NCBI GenBank assembly: GCA_003707115.1
Contig: PPNB01000022.1
Location: 62,001-126,000, forward strand
Reading direction: 5' to 3'
DNA length: 64,000 nucleotides
Source: Tortispora ganteri
Lineage: Eukaryota
The notes under the pieces are model-generated. The model searched no databases, was not told the origin of the DNA, and saw only the letters and a program-made list of their open reading frames with translations. Each line of letters begins with the position of its first letter. Position 1 is the first letter of the stretch. Positions 1 through 10,204 of the stretch are shown piece by piece. The translations under genes were made by a program, and so were the position numbers.

Positions 1-204
1 GGGCCCGAACGCGTGGCACCCATGACCTTGTGATGACCTGATGCATGCTACATCGTTCTTGCGAATGTGTTTAGTTTAGCTATGTAGAAATACGTATAAT
101 GAATATTACGAGTGTACAGTACGGTTATTCATAGAAATGGCAAAGATGAGCGACCTGAATGTAATGCGATGTGTATACAATGCATGACGTTGTCGCAACC
201 AAGC

Positions 205-543
205 TCACGTCATAGCGTCAAGAGCACAGCACACGCACAGCGCGCCAAGACAGGCAAGGAGACAAGACGTTCCGTCCATACCCACAGCTTGCTGCTGCTG
301 TTGCTGGTATACGGGCTGTCCATAGCCTTGTGGCGGGTATCCACCTTGTGGCGGATAGCCCTGCTGATAGCCTTGTTGATAACCTTGCGGCGGATACCCT
401 TGTGGTGGATACCCTTGCGGAGGGTAGCCGCCCTGTTGAGGATAGCCACCTTGTTGAGGATAGCCTTGCTGATTGTTGCCAAAAAAACCTCTGTCCTGCA
501 CTGGAGGATCAGAGGACGACTGGTCGTAGTCAGGAGGGGGCAC
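205..543 (-). CDS. CYSTM-type cysteine-rich tail-anchored membrane protein
   Basis: GYP(P/Q)Q low-complexity repeats followed by C-terminal CLLACLGALCVCCALD, the typical CYSTM architecture. Confidence 0.85.
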   Translation of the reverse strand: MPPPDYDQSSSDPPVQDRGFFGNNQQGYPQQGGYPQQGGYPPQGYPPQGYPPQGYQQGYQQGYPPQGGYPPQGYGQPVYQQQQQQAVGMDGTSCLLACLGALCVCCALDAMT

Positions 544-943
544 ATTGCCTGCTTGGTATTGCTAAGACTGTTAGAATGCTGGAAGCAGACAGGATGTCGG
601 GCAGCTCCCGATAATACGGCAAAATGGTATCGGTACCGCTGAATAAATCGGTACCACATCTGCGGTCGAAAATACTTACATCCTTTCCCATGAATGACGT
701 GTAGAAAAATGGAAGTGCGGGAAAATCGAATAATGAGCCACAGGTATAGGTGTCTAGGGACCCCTTTGGGATGGGTGGGTTGGTTGGTGATAGGTACACC
801 AAACGGGCGTGGCTTTGGAATAGAGTTTAGACCAGATCCAGTAAACAGTAAGAACGGTTCTGAAAGATCGCACAATAAGGTCCAGGGCAGTATCCCGCAC
901 GTGCTTCAATTTCTCTTAGAAAATAAATCGAAAGAAAAAGAAA

Positions 944-1924
944 TCACGAGGTAGCATTCTTCTTGCTTGTTGTCTCGAGGTTTGACTGTTTGTCCGAACT
1001 GGGAGTCTTCTTGGACCGCTTCTTTGCCTTAGTGGTGCCCGAAGGGGAAGGGGAAGGAGAAGGATCAGTTGCGCCAGGGTTGGACGCGTGCGATGCATCG
1101 ACCTCATTAAAAGGCTTAGCCGCTTTGGTTTTCTTAGAAGCAAATTTGGTCGACTTATTCTGTTTTGATTTTGATCGTTTCGAGAGCTTGGAAGACTTCG
1201 AACTGACATCCGTCTGAAGCTGCTTGTCTTTCTCAGCTTCCAATATATGAGCAGCGGACTGATCGTCAGATCCTTTGAAATCAGAAGTGATTAATTCGAT
1301 CGGTTTTGGAGGTTCCTTTTCTGCGGCTGCGGCTGCTGCCCTTTCTCGTCTCCCTGGCTTAGCTGGTTTAGAAGACTTGGCATTTTTAGATGGTTTGCTG
1401 GTCTTCGCTTTGGAGTTGGCATCCTCTGCGTCTTTCGAAGCTGTTTTCTTCCTTGATTTGGCTTTCTTCGATTTGGCAGACTCAGTTCCATTTGCATTTT
1501 TACCTTTCTGACTCTTTTCAGACTTAGGCAGTGATACCACATAGTTCGGGTCTTTCCATTTGAGGTACATGATGTTCTCTCTGAATGTGTTGTTTAGCGG
1601 ATCTGGATTATTCTCGCTTTTTATTGGAGTGTCCTGGTTGATTGCAGGCTCTACACTTAACATCAATGACCCAGATAGCTCTGTGTGTCCGTGCATAAGA
1701 GTTCCTGAGACAGAATTTATAAACGATCTCGCTAGTTCTTCGGTCTTGAAGGTCACATAAGCATAGCCTGGGTGCTCCAATCGGGTCATTCTCTCCTTCT
1801 TACCAGGCTCAAAGCGCATGTACACCGCCGCATCAGCAGGTATATCACCTGCATATTTTAACAAATGATTCGCAAAATCGGTCTCGGTCGCATCATACGG
1901 AATATTGCGCACATGGACCTTCAT
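944..1924 (-). CDS. UPF3: Nonsense-mediated decay factor Upf3 (Smg4/UPF3 RRM-like domain plus Lys/Ser-rich tail)
   Basis: KVHVRNIP..TETDF, FEPGK, AYVTFK, VEPAINQ, DPLNNTF resemble the Smg4_UPF3 pattern (KVVIRRLPP, PGK, AYINFK, VEFAPFQ, DP..GTI). Confidence 0.7.
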   Translation of the reverse strand: MKVHVRNIPYDATETDFANHLLKYAGDIPADAAVYMRFEPGKKERMTRLEHPGYAYVTFKTEELARSFINSVSGTLMHGHTELSGSLMLSVEPAINQDTPIKSENNPDPLNNTFRENIMYLKWKDPNYVVSLPKSEKSQKGKNANGTESAKSKKAKSRKKTASKDAEDANSKAKTSKPSKNAKSSKPAKPGRRERAAAAAAEKEPPKPIELITSDFKGSDDQSAAHILEAEKDKQLQTDVSSKSSKLSKRSKSKQNKSTKFASKKTKAAKPFNEVDASHASNPGATDPSPSPSPSGTTKAKKRSKKTPSSDKQSNLETTSKKNATS

Positions 1925-2183
1925 CGCATGGCGTACTTAATATCTATCGTTGTAAGACCCCAGATAGATATTCATCGAATCATGGTTACTATGATGATTT
2001 TGCCCTAACCCTATTACATAAATGACCATTACTCGGACCCCCATTATTTTAGGGCAACACCGGGAAAAAGCACTGGTCCACTGCTCTTCCCACCACCACA
2101 GCGGTACACCTCCAAACCGCGGCAGAATCGCCTCTGAACCTCTTTAACAATCGCAGACCCGCTCTTCTGGCTTGATATAGAAA

Positions 2184-3107
2184 ATGGGCGATCCGCAAAA
2201 ATGGCTGGAAACTGTCCAACAATGCGAGTATTTACCAGAAAACGATATGAAGAATCTGTGCGAGATGGTTAAAGACTTACTAATAGAGGAGTCTAATATT
2301 CAACCTGTTAACAGCCCTGTCACTGTTTGCGGCGACATACATGGCCAATTTCACGATCTTCTAGAACTTTTTCGGATATCGGGCGGCTTTCCAGACGATG
2401 TAAATTATATTTTTTTAGGCGACTTCGTCGATCGCGGCTACTTCTCGCTGGAAACATTCACCCTACTTCTTTGCCTGAAAGCACTTTATCCTAGTCGCAT
2501 CACGCTGGTCCGCGGAAACCACGAAAGTCGGCAAATCACGCAAGTATATGGCTTTTACGACGAATGTACTAAAAAATATGGCTCCGCTTCTGTCTGGAAA
2601 GCATGCTGTCAGGTGTTCGACTTTATTAGTCTCGCTGCCATTGTCGATGGCCACATTCTCTGCGTGCACGGCGGTCTATCACCTGAAATACGAATGCTCG
2701 ACCAGATTCGTGTCCTTTCGAGAGCCCAAGAAATCCCTCATGAAGGTGGATTTTGCGACCTAGTATGGTCTGATCCAAATGAAACCACTAAAACTTGGGC
2801 TGTCAGCCCCCGAGGTGCTGGCTGGCTGTTTGGTGAACGTGTCGCGCAGGAGTTTAACTATGTTAACGATCTCGACTTGATTGCACGTGCGCACCAGCTT
2901 GTACAGGAAGGTTACAAGCATCACTTCTCAGGCGGCGAAGTTGTCACTGTCTGGAGTGCTCCTAATTACTGCTACAGGTGCGGTAACGTGGCTTCTGTTA
3001 TGAAGCTCGAAGATAATGCTGATCCTGTATTTAGAATCTTTTCGGCTGTGCCAGAAGATGTATTAATGGCCCCTCGTCGTGGAAACCGATCGGAATACTT
3101 CATGTAA
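2184..3107 (+). CDS. SIT4: PP6-type Ser/Thr phosphatase catalytic subunit Sit4/Ppe1
   Basis: [41 protein letters not shown]-terminal EYFM. Confidence 0.92.
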   Translation: MGDPQKWLETVQQCEYLPENDMKNLCEMVKDLLIEESNIQPVNSPVTVCGDIHGQFHDLLELFRISGGFPDDVNYIFLGDFVDRGYFSLETFTLLLCLKALYPSRITLVRGNHESRQITQVYGFYDECTKKYGSASVWKACCQVFDFISLAAIVDGHILCVHGGLSPEIRMLDQIRVLSRAQEIPHEGGFCDLVWSDPNETTKTWAVSPRGAGWLFGERVAQEFNYVNDLDLIARAHQLVQEGYKHHFSGGEVVTVWSAPNYCYRCGNVASVMKLEDNADPVFRIFSAVPEDVLMAPRRGNRSEYFM

Positions 3108-3301
3108 TACTACCTCTCCTTTTTTTCTCCTTGAAACCTCACCTCTTCTTACCTTACGACTTTAATGATATCATACTATTGCATAGTAAACTTACCAAAT
3201 ATTTTATTTCTGTTTTTTAGAGATAAAAAAGTTATTTATGTGTATTTAATAAGAACGATAGAAAGTAAATGTCAATCCATCCTTATATGATTGGAAAGAC
3301 A

Positions 3302-5575
3302 TCATCCGTGTTTTGAGCCAAAATAATCGCCTTCACCGGTTCTTAGCAGAGAGAAGGACGAAAAATCTTTGAAGGGGTCACTGACGCTCCTCTTAGATCT
3401 GTGTTTAGGCAGTGTATCCGACGATTCATTAGCAGAAGATTCCAACTCCTTATCTCCCTCGACCTTGTTTAAGTTAGGTACCGATAGCGTAGTGGATGCA
3501 ACATGCCCATGACCGTTTTTTATATTATAAAGGTGCTTATCTTCAGGCGTGCGACTTTGTTGACACTGTATAGCATCATTCACAGCTGAAGGTGTAACGG
3601 CGAGGCGGTGCTTGTTCTCATAATCGGCGGCAGAAAGCGTGCCCGGTGCAACGGGTACCAATGAGTTGCCGTCATCGCCTTCGTCTTCCTCTTCTTTGTG
3701 ATAAAATACTGGTTCAGCAGCTAATTTTTTAACTAGTTCTGGAACATTCGCTGCAGGAATACCGTCATCTGCATCGCCAATGGGACCATCCGAGAATTTA
3801 GCGGCGTCATCGAGTGTGGTGGTTTCAAAATGTCCATTATTGTAGACGCCGTCAAACATTTCAAAATTCTGTTGAACATTAGCAACAGAATCTGAAGTAA
3901 TATCCAACGACTCTGACTCTTTGACAGAAGAGAAATTAGACGTGTCGGCATCGGTGCACAGTTTAGGGACTATAGGGGGAGTCTGGTTTCTCAACAAAGC
4001 CCATTGAGTATTCTTGAAAAATGGGTGAGACTTAATATCAGAGGCGCCAGCGCGTGAGCCAAGTCTTCTTGATTCATCTTTTGTTAGCAGACGTCGAATC
4101 AGATTTTTGCAGACGTTAGAGATTGGTGGTGATTTTACGTCCGGAAAGAGTACCTCGTTGCGCAGAATATTAGCAAAAGTGGAATTGCGGGTTTTACCCT
4201 TGAACGGACTGGTTGCATAGAGCATCTCGTAGATTAGTATTCCAAGAGTCCACCAGTCAACAGCAGAAGTATGGCCTGTACCTCTGATTACTTCTGGGGC
4301 AATGTACTCTTCGGTGCCAACAAAAGAGTTCGTTCGGAAGTCAGCAACACAGGCCTTCGTATCAATTGCAGGGAAAAAGTTATTTAGGGTTCGCGATGAA
4401 GAATTGGAACTAGAAGAAGAGACGGTCGATCCAGCAGAGTTGACAATAGTCGGGCGTCCATTAGACTCAGTCTGTTTAGAGAGATCGAAGTCAGAAAGCA
4501 TTATGTGACCAGATGCATGGAGTAGAATATTCTCTGGCTTGAGGTCTCGATATATAAAGCCCATAAGATGGAGATATTCGAGAGCTGCTGTTACTTCAGC
4601 TGCATAGAAACGAGCGTCTTTCTCTGACAGGCATTTGCCAGTCTGTGTTTGCAGTGCCCTAAAGAACTCTCCGCCCATGCAATATTCCATACATAAATAA
4701 AGATAAGAGTCCGATTGGAAACAGTGATATAGTGTGACAATAAAAGGATGATTAGCTGTCGCAAGAATTTCCTGTTCAGCTAGTGCTCGTTTAATTTTGT
4801 TCCTTTTAATCATTTCAGATTTGGACAGCACTTTCATTGCGTGAAGCTTGCCAGTGGCCTTCTCACGAGCCAAGTAGACTTTACCAACATCGCCTTTTCC
4901 GAGCAATTTTATTTTCTCAAAAGAAGAGGGCCCAACTGTCACTGGATTCATTTTAGTAGCATTTGTGGAGTAAGAGCGTTCCCTTACCGGTGTATCTCGA
5001 GAGTTACGGCTGGACGAAGGCTGACTGCGTGGAGATTGACTATTTTTGAAATTGGGAGCAGAAGAAGTCCTCGGCAGTGGCGGTGTAAGCAGGGAAGGTG
5101 GTGGTTCGAGTGGTGCAGTTGCAGAATCGTCAGTGGATTCGTGTGTAAGGTCGTGTAGATGCTGTTGAGGTTGTTTCGTGGATGATTTAGCCTGGGAGGT
5201 CGACGCCGAGTGTCTAAAGGTGCGTGAGAATGGTGACGCAAGCGGTGAAGAAGGCGATCTAAAGCGCCTGATTTTCGAAGAGAACTTCGATGTGGCGGAT
5301 TGATCAGCTGCAAGTTTTTGTTGGCTTGTATGTATGGCTTGTTCCTCCGACAGATTAACTGCCGCGAGTTTCGGAGAAGTCGACCCAGGAGTGATAGTTG
5401 TTGAGGTGATAGGTACGATTCCTTCAAGACGTGGTGAGACAGAAGGCGAAGAGTTGGAGGAGTTTGAGGAAGGGAACTTCAGAAACGATCTCAACTTGGA
5501 CACGTTGGCGTGAGACGAAGAATCGTGGTCGACTTCCTTGGTTATTTCGACAGCCAAAGCAGGTGCAGGAGGCAT
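3302..5575 (-). CDS. FPK1: AGC-family flippase kinase Fpk1/Kin82/Nrc-2
   Basis: [21 protein letters not shown] in place of [30 protein letters not shown]. Confidence 0.92.
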   Translation of the reverse strand: MPPAPALAVEITKEVDHDSSSHANVSKLRSFLKFPSSNSSNSSPSVSPRLEGIVPITSTTITPGSTSPKLAAVNLSEEQAIHTSQQKLAADQSATSKFSSKIRRFRSPSSPLASPFSRTFRHSASTSQAKSSTKQPQQHLHDLTHESTDDSATAPLEPPPSLLTPPLPRTSSAPNFKNSQSPRSQPSSSRNSRDTPVRERSYSTNATKMNPVTVGPSSFEKIKLLGKGDVGKVYLAREKATGKLHAMKVLSKSEMIKRNKIKRALAEQEILATANHPFIVTLYHCFQSDSYLYLCMEYCMGGEFFRALQTQTGKCLSEKDARFYAAEVTAALEYLHLMGFIYRDLKPENILLHASGHIMLSDFDLSKQTESNGRPTIVNSAGSTVSSSSSNSSSRTLNNFFPAIDTKACVADFRTNSFVGTEEYIAPEVIRGTGHTSAVDWWTLGILIYEMLYATSPFKGKTRNSTFANILRNEVLFPDVKSPPISNVCKNLIRRLLTKDESRRLGSRAGASDIKSHPFFKNTQWALLRNQTPPIVPKLCTDADTSNFSSVKESESLDITSDSVANVQQNFEMFDGVYNNGHFETTTLDDAAKFSDGPIGDADDGIPAANVPELVKKLAAEPVFYHKEEEDEGDDGNSLVPVAPGTLSAADYENKHRLAVTPSAVNDAIQCQQSRTPEDKHLYNIKNGHGHVASTTLSVPNLNKVEGDKELESSANESSDTLPKHRSKRSVSDPFKDFSSFSLLRTGEGDYFGSKHG

Positions 5576-6129
5576 TTCAAAACAAAATAAATAAAATTTT
5601 TCGTCTATTCAAAATAAAAATTGTCTGAATATGCAAGCAGGTTTGCGTTTATGGTGACACTGAAACACGTTGGCAGCGCAGTATCGGACTGCTTTAATAA
5701 AGGTGACAAGGCTTATAGGCGCGGCAGATAGAGGGGGGGAGGGGGGAAGAAACAAGGGTACTTTGGGTAGTTCCAGGCTTTAAGTAGGAATAAGGTTTAA
5801 CTAGCTAGTGCTAGTTGCACATTACATGAAAGCTTGTGCTTATGCTACAAATAGTAGTGACTTCGGCAGGATGTTCCCTCTTTTGTTACTTATTGAGCAT
5901 TTTTGCTTCCACGGCGTATTCATAAAAGCAACCTCATTATGTACCGGTACATTACAATCAGCAAATTACTTTGCTCACGCGCTTAACCGTTGTGACGTGC
6001 TGTTATCTGTAGAAGGTTTTGGGTTTGGCCAGTATCCACCAGACGAAAAGTCTACCTACCTGCAAAGACACTGACACCTACACAAAGCCATTAAAACAGC
6101 GTCTCACAGCTCTGTTTGTCGTCAAAACC

Positions 6130-7644
6130 ATGACCGAGTCCTCTATAAATGCGGGAACGAGCCCTATTGGCCACTACCGCGATAGCATGTCTCCCATGCG
6201 ATACGCGATACGGTCCAAGATCCTGCCATTGATCAGGAAGGAGACCCCAATATTGGCTCGTATTCAGAGCTCTATGCGATCTAACTATCTCGATTGGTTC
6301 TTCTCTATGTTGGCCAATTTCGGTACGCATACCTTTTATCTGCTCTTTTTACCCATTTTGTTTTGGTTCGGCCGCGACATTGAGGCCCGTGGTCTTGTAT
6401 ATGTCCTGGGTTTTGGCGTGTACGCGACTGGCTTCGCTAAGGATTACTTCGCCCTCCCCAGACCATTATCTCCTCCACTCCATAGACTCTCAATGAGCCC
6501 GGATGTTAACTTGGAGTACGGTTGCCCTTCTACACACTCCGCCAATAGCATCTCGGTCGCCCTCTGGGTGTGCTCGGTCATACCGCGTAGCCCTTCTAAC
6601 AAGTACGCTTATGTTGCCGCTGCGATCTACACCTTCGCCCAGTCTTTTGGCAGAATTTACTGCGGCATGCACGGTTTTGTTGATGTTTTTTCTGGGCTTG
6701 TCGTAGGCTATTCTGTCTGGGCATTGGTCTATTACGCCTTGCCGCTATGGGATCAGCTCCTTGCTAACCCTTCCTATCTGGTCCCGCTAGGCTGTGTAGT
6801 TCTTATCGCGCTGCTGCTCTACGCTTGCCCTGACCCGGTAGATAACTGTCCGTGCTTTGACGACTCAGTCGCTTTTCTGGGAGTCATTCTTGGTATCTGG
6901 CTAGTTCAATGGCATTGGGGTGCCGATCCTCGTTCCTGGCGATATCCACCCGCGGACCTCGGCTACAACTACTCGTTCAACGGATTGCCAGTAACCCTTA
7001 TAAAGGGAACTATTCCGTTCAGCACGGCTGGTCTTAGTTCTTTTAAGATCGTCCTCTTCTCTCTTCTCAGAGTCCTGACCGGCGTCACGGCTGTCATCGT
7101 ATGGCGCATCGTCTCAAAACCGCTTCTTTTCAGATACCTCCCCCCAATTTATAGATTTGTGCAGGGCAAATTCCGCGCACTAAATCTTCCTAGAAATTTC
7201 TTTCTTCCAGCGAGCGCCTACAAAATACCTGATAACGCTGACGATCCGATCGTAGTCAGACCTACTAAAAGAATACCCGAAATGATTCAGAACATACGCC
7301 ATCGCGGCCGTGGAGCTTCCATTGGACCTCAGAGTCAAATAGACGCATATGAAGCGATCGCTAGCCAGCGAATTGAGCGTCGTGCATCTGATATCAAATC
7401 GCACTCTCGGGAAGCTTCGTTAACTTCTCCGTCTCCACCGGCCCTTTCGCCGGCCATATCGAACGAGGAAGATGAGGCACGCGATATGTCTCCTGAAGAA
7501 CTGAAGGTGCTTTCTAATGTCCCTGAACGGCCGCTACATTACGATGTTGAAGTAATTGCCAGGACATTGGTTTACGGGGGTATATCCCTAGTATCAGTGG
7601 AAGTCATGGGTCTATTTTTTATAGCCAGCAATCTATTGGTGTAA
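6130..7644 (+). CDS. LCB3: Long-chain base-1-phosphate phosphatase Lcb3/Ysr3 (PAP2 family)
   Basis: KDYFALPRP, EYGCPSTH, GRIYCGMH, PVDNCPCFDDSVAF, YDVEV; multiple TM segments; first ATG at 6130. Confidence 0.92.
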   Translation: MTESSINAGTSPIGHYRDSMSPMRYAIRSKILPLIRKETPILARIQSSMRSNYLDWFFSMLANFGTHTFYLLFLPILFWFGRDIEARGLVYVLGFGVYATGFAKDYFALPRPLSPPLHRLSMSPDVNLEYGCPSTHSANSISVALWVCSVIPRSPSNKYAYVAAAIYTFAQSFGRIYCGMHGFVDVFSGLVVGYSVWALVYYALPLWDQLLANPSYLVPLGCVVLIALLLYACPDPVDNCPCFDDSVAFLGVILGIWLVQWHWGADPRSWRYPPADLGYNYSFNGLPVTLIKGTIPFSTAGLSSFKIVLFSLLRVLTGVTAVIVWRIVSKPLLFRYLPPIYRFVQGKFRALNLPRNFFLPASAYKIPDNADDPIVVRPTKRIPEMIQNIRHRGRGASIGPQSQIDAYEAIASQRIERRASDIKSHSREASLTSPSPPALSPAISNEEDEARDMSPEELKVLSNVPERPLHYDVEVIARTLVYGGISLVSVEVMGLFFIASNLLV

Positions 7645-7675
7645 GGGCGTGTCATTTTCATTAAAGATGTCATGG

Positions 7676-9004
7676 TTATGACGTGGCAGTTTTTGAGCAG
7701 ATGAAGAGAGATTTGTGAAGTTTCTTTATCTTGTCTGTGAGAGAAACATTTTTCTCTTTCATGATTTCCATAGCGAGCAGTTCGCGCTCGCTCTGGCACA
7801 TGCCCTGTTTGAGGAGTATTCTATTCGGGTGACGGCAAAAGCGAATCCAGTTTGCGTTTGTGTAAGGAGCGTCAGGCGCGAACAAGATATCGTTCATGTA
7901 TAGATTATTGTAGTTATGAGCACCTTTGACGACTTTAGTGGCAAGTGTGTAATCTTTCAGAGCGAACGCGAAAAGTAGCATTGAGTGGTAAGCCTGAGCA
8001 TCTAGCGATTCGTATGGGTACCGGCGTGGGTACTGCTTGAAAAGATACCAGAGTTTATAGCCAAGTGTCCTATTTTTTGTGATGGTGGCAACCCATACGA
8101 GAGTAGTGAGAGCGTGCAGCTGCAAGAGCGAGCCGTACTGGTCGACCGTAGTCTCAACTCGCTGGACCCAGTTGTCCGGTCGCAGGAAAACGACTCGTAA
8201 GATACATTCGAGCACAATTTTGTGTGAAAGTGCGACAGAAGAAAACATACGCGATGGCGCAGCCGTCACAATGTTCATGAGCTGCATTGCCTCCGCTTTA
8301 TCGTCGACAAGACGGAGTGCTAGGTATAGCAGCCCAGGAGAAGGGGTTTTGAATGTCAAGAATGTGTTTTTGAGCAAAATGCGGGCTAGTGCATAGTCCT
8401 GAGCATTTATAAGTGCCTTTACGGTACTGTATATGATAGACTGGACCGGGGGAATATGGGAGGAGAATATAGAGGGCAGGTCAGCAGAAATGAGTTCGTC
8501 GTCGGGCTGAACGTACGAGTGCACGTTAACGATTTTGACGGGTGTATCGAGCGACAATGCTGGCAGCAGGCGCGTAGCTTGTGACGACCGTAGGTATCTG
8601 AGAATGCAGTGGAGAGAATCTTCTGGTATTGCGCCTGCAACAGCCGGGTCGAGTAGAGCAAAAGAAGATGACGATTTTAATAAGAATGCAGAGAGTTCGG
8701 ACCTCAGTTCGAGAAGTAGCAGAGACTGGAAGTAAGCAGTGTTTAGGGCAGGAATAGATGAGTGAGATGTTTCTATTGGCCGTGGCAGGGATTTGAAGGC
8801 TTTGAAAGAGAGGTAGGAGTGTGTATCACCAGTGTCTATAGGAGTTGTCGAATCAATGTGTGTCTGAGCCGGCGGTGAACAGTCCTTGTTGAGCGGCTGT
8901 ACGTCTACTGAAGGTATACTAAGTATACGGTACGAGTCACTTGCTAACGGATTCGCTAGAGCTGAGTTGTTTCTTATACATTGCTTGTATAAGAAACGCT
9001 TCAT
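7676..9004 (-). CDS. Hypothetical protein, probably mitochondrial, possibly helical-repeat (PPR-like)
   Basis: 442-aa ATG ORF filling the gap between two known genes; basic presequence-like N-terminus MKRFLYKQCIRNNS; no family recognised. Confidence 0.6.
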   Translation of the reverse strand: MKRFLYKQCIRNNSALANPLASDSYRILSIPSVDVQPLNKDCSPPAQTHIDSTTPIDTGDTHSYLSFKAFKSLPRPIETSHSSIPALNTAYFQSLLLLELRSELSAFLLKSSSSFALLDPAVAGAIPEDSLHCILRYLRSSQATRLLPALSLDTPVKIVNVHSYVQPDDELISADLPSIFSSHIPPVQSIIYSTVKALINAQDYALARILLKNTFLTFKTPSPGLLYLALRLVDDKAEAMQLMNIVTAAPSRMFSSVALSHKIVLECILRVVFLRPDNWVQRVETTVDQYGSLLQLHALTTLVWVATITKNRTLGYKLWYLFKQYPRRYPYESLDAQAYHSMLLFAFALKDYTLATKVVKGAHNYNNLYMNDILFAPDAPYTNANWIRFCRHPNRILLKQGMCQSERELLAMEIMKEKNVSLTDKIKKLHKSLFICSKTATS

Positions 9005-9132
9005 TGGTCAGAAGTTATGTTGTTTAATGGGGAGAAAATGGTTCGATTGAACGGGAAAAATTAGAGTTTGAGAGTAAGCACCGGCAGTCTGTCCAACCAG
9101 CAAACGAGTGTCAATTCTCTTCCCCACAACCA

Positions 9133-9606
9133 ATGCTCGGTATTACAATTTCAGCTGAATTCAACGGCATAATAGACCTTTCTCCTGAAGATGAGGGTGA
9201 TTTCCAGTATGAATTCACCATACAGTGCACGTCATGCCGGGAAACTCATAAGAATAACGTGATAGTATCGCGGAACGACGCCTACGAGCTCAGCAAGGGC
9301 AGATCAGCCGCAAATTTTGTCTTCAAGTGTCAATTCTGCGGCAAGGAAGGTTCTATCAATATTGACAAGGGACCTAAACCGCTCACAACCGAGTCAAAAA
9401 TGCCCTTGACATTCCTAGAACTCGACTGTCGCGGCTGTGATATCACAAATTACTACCCTGGGAACTCATCCTGGCGATGCACAGCTGAGTCCGGACAGGT
9501 TTTTGAAGATATAGATATCAGCGAGTATGAATGGTATGATTATGACGAGAAAGCGAATGTCGAAGTCAGCATTGTCAATATTCAATTTGACATCATCAAG
9601 TTGTGA
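9133..9606 (+). CDS. DUF866/CZIB zinc-binding protein (YCR090C-like)
   Basis: CTSCRETH, ANFVFKCQFC, LDCRG, EWYDYDEKA..EVSI. Confidence 0.9.
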   Translation: MLGITISAEFNGIIDLSPEDEGDFQYEFTIQCTSCRETHKNNVIVSRNDAYELSKGRSAANFVFKCQFCGKEGSINIDKGPKPLTTESKMPLTFLELDCRGCDITNYYPGNSSWRCTAESGQVFEDIDISEYEWYDYDEKANVEVSIVNIQFDIIKL

Positions 9607-9695
9607 TCGCTTTGAAATATCTAGTGCGCGTGGTCACCCTCGACACAGGTTGTCATTGATAATAAGTAAAAGTGAAGTGCGATTCTGGCACAGTG

Positions 9696-10097
9696 TTACC
9701 GCTTCAGATACGGGTGTAATGAATCAACGTAAGAACGTTTAAACAGACCAGATGTATGTAGCCGTAGACTTTTTGACGGCTGGGGTCTGGAGACTGATTT
9801 GGGTACAGACGGTGCTGCCAACGGTGGTGCAGAAGCATTCACTAAACTGACTTTCAGTGTGCCGTCACTTTCATCCACAGACGCTATTGAGTTGTTACTC
9901 TCAACAGACGTAGAGTTTGTTTCGATGTTTGCATTAATGCTTACATCCGGACTCTCATCGACTCTGCTGCTATGGAAGCTCGTACACTGGCCGCTATATT
10001 CAGCTACAGACGTGTGACCTAACGATGCTAAATGTTCTTCAAAATCACTAATTGCGCCAATACTTTCTTCTGAGTCAGATATTCGGTCCATAGTCAT
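9696..10097 (-). CDS. Small Ser/acidic-rich hypothetical protein with a basic C-terminal GL.KR...LHPYL motif
   Basis: 133-aa ATG ORF in a gap; two MCB-like sites upstream. Confidence 0.6.
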   Translation of the reverse strand: MTMDRISDSEESIGAISDFEEHLASLGHTSVAEYSGQCTSFHSSRVDESPDVSINANIETNSTSVESNNSIASVDESDGTLKVSLVNASAPPLAAPSVPKSVSRPQPSKSLRLHTSGLFKRSYVDSLHPYLKR

Positions 10098-10148
10098 GCT
10101 AACGCATAGACATAGGTCGACCGAAACGGATCAGCTTACTTATCAAGT

Positions 10149-10168
10149 ACGCGTAGAGGTAAACGCGA
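10149..10168. promoter_or_regulatory. MCB-like elements (ACGCGT and ACGCGA) upstream of the 133-aa ORF
   Basis: ACGCGT at 10149-10154 and ACGCGA at 10163-10168. Confidence 0.45.
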
Positions 10169-10204
10169 TGTCCCAATGTCTCGGTAGATCCCCCTAATAA
10201 ATCA

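Noticed and set aside
112..642. 176-aa plus-strand Leu/Arg-rich ORF
   Set aside because: Antisense shadow of the repetitive CYSTM gene
2002..2012. CCCTAACCCT as a telomeric remnant or telomerase RNA template
   Set aside because: Under two repeat units inside a 260-bp divergent promoter; better explained as a Tbf1-type site
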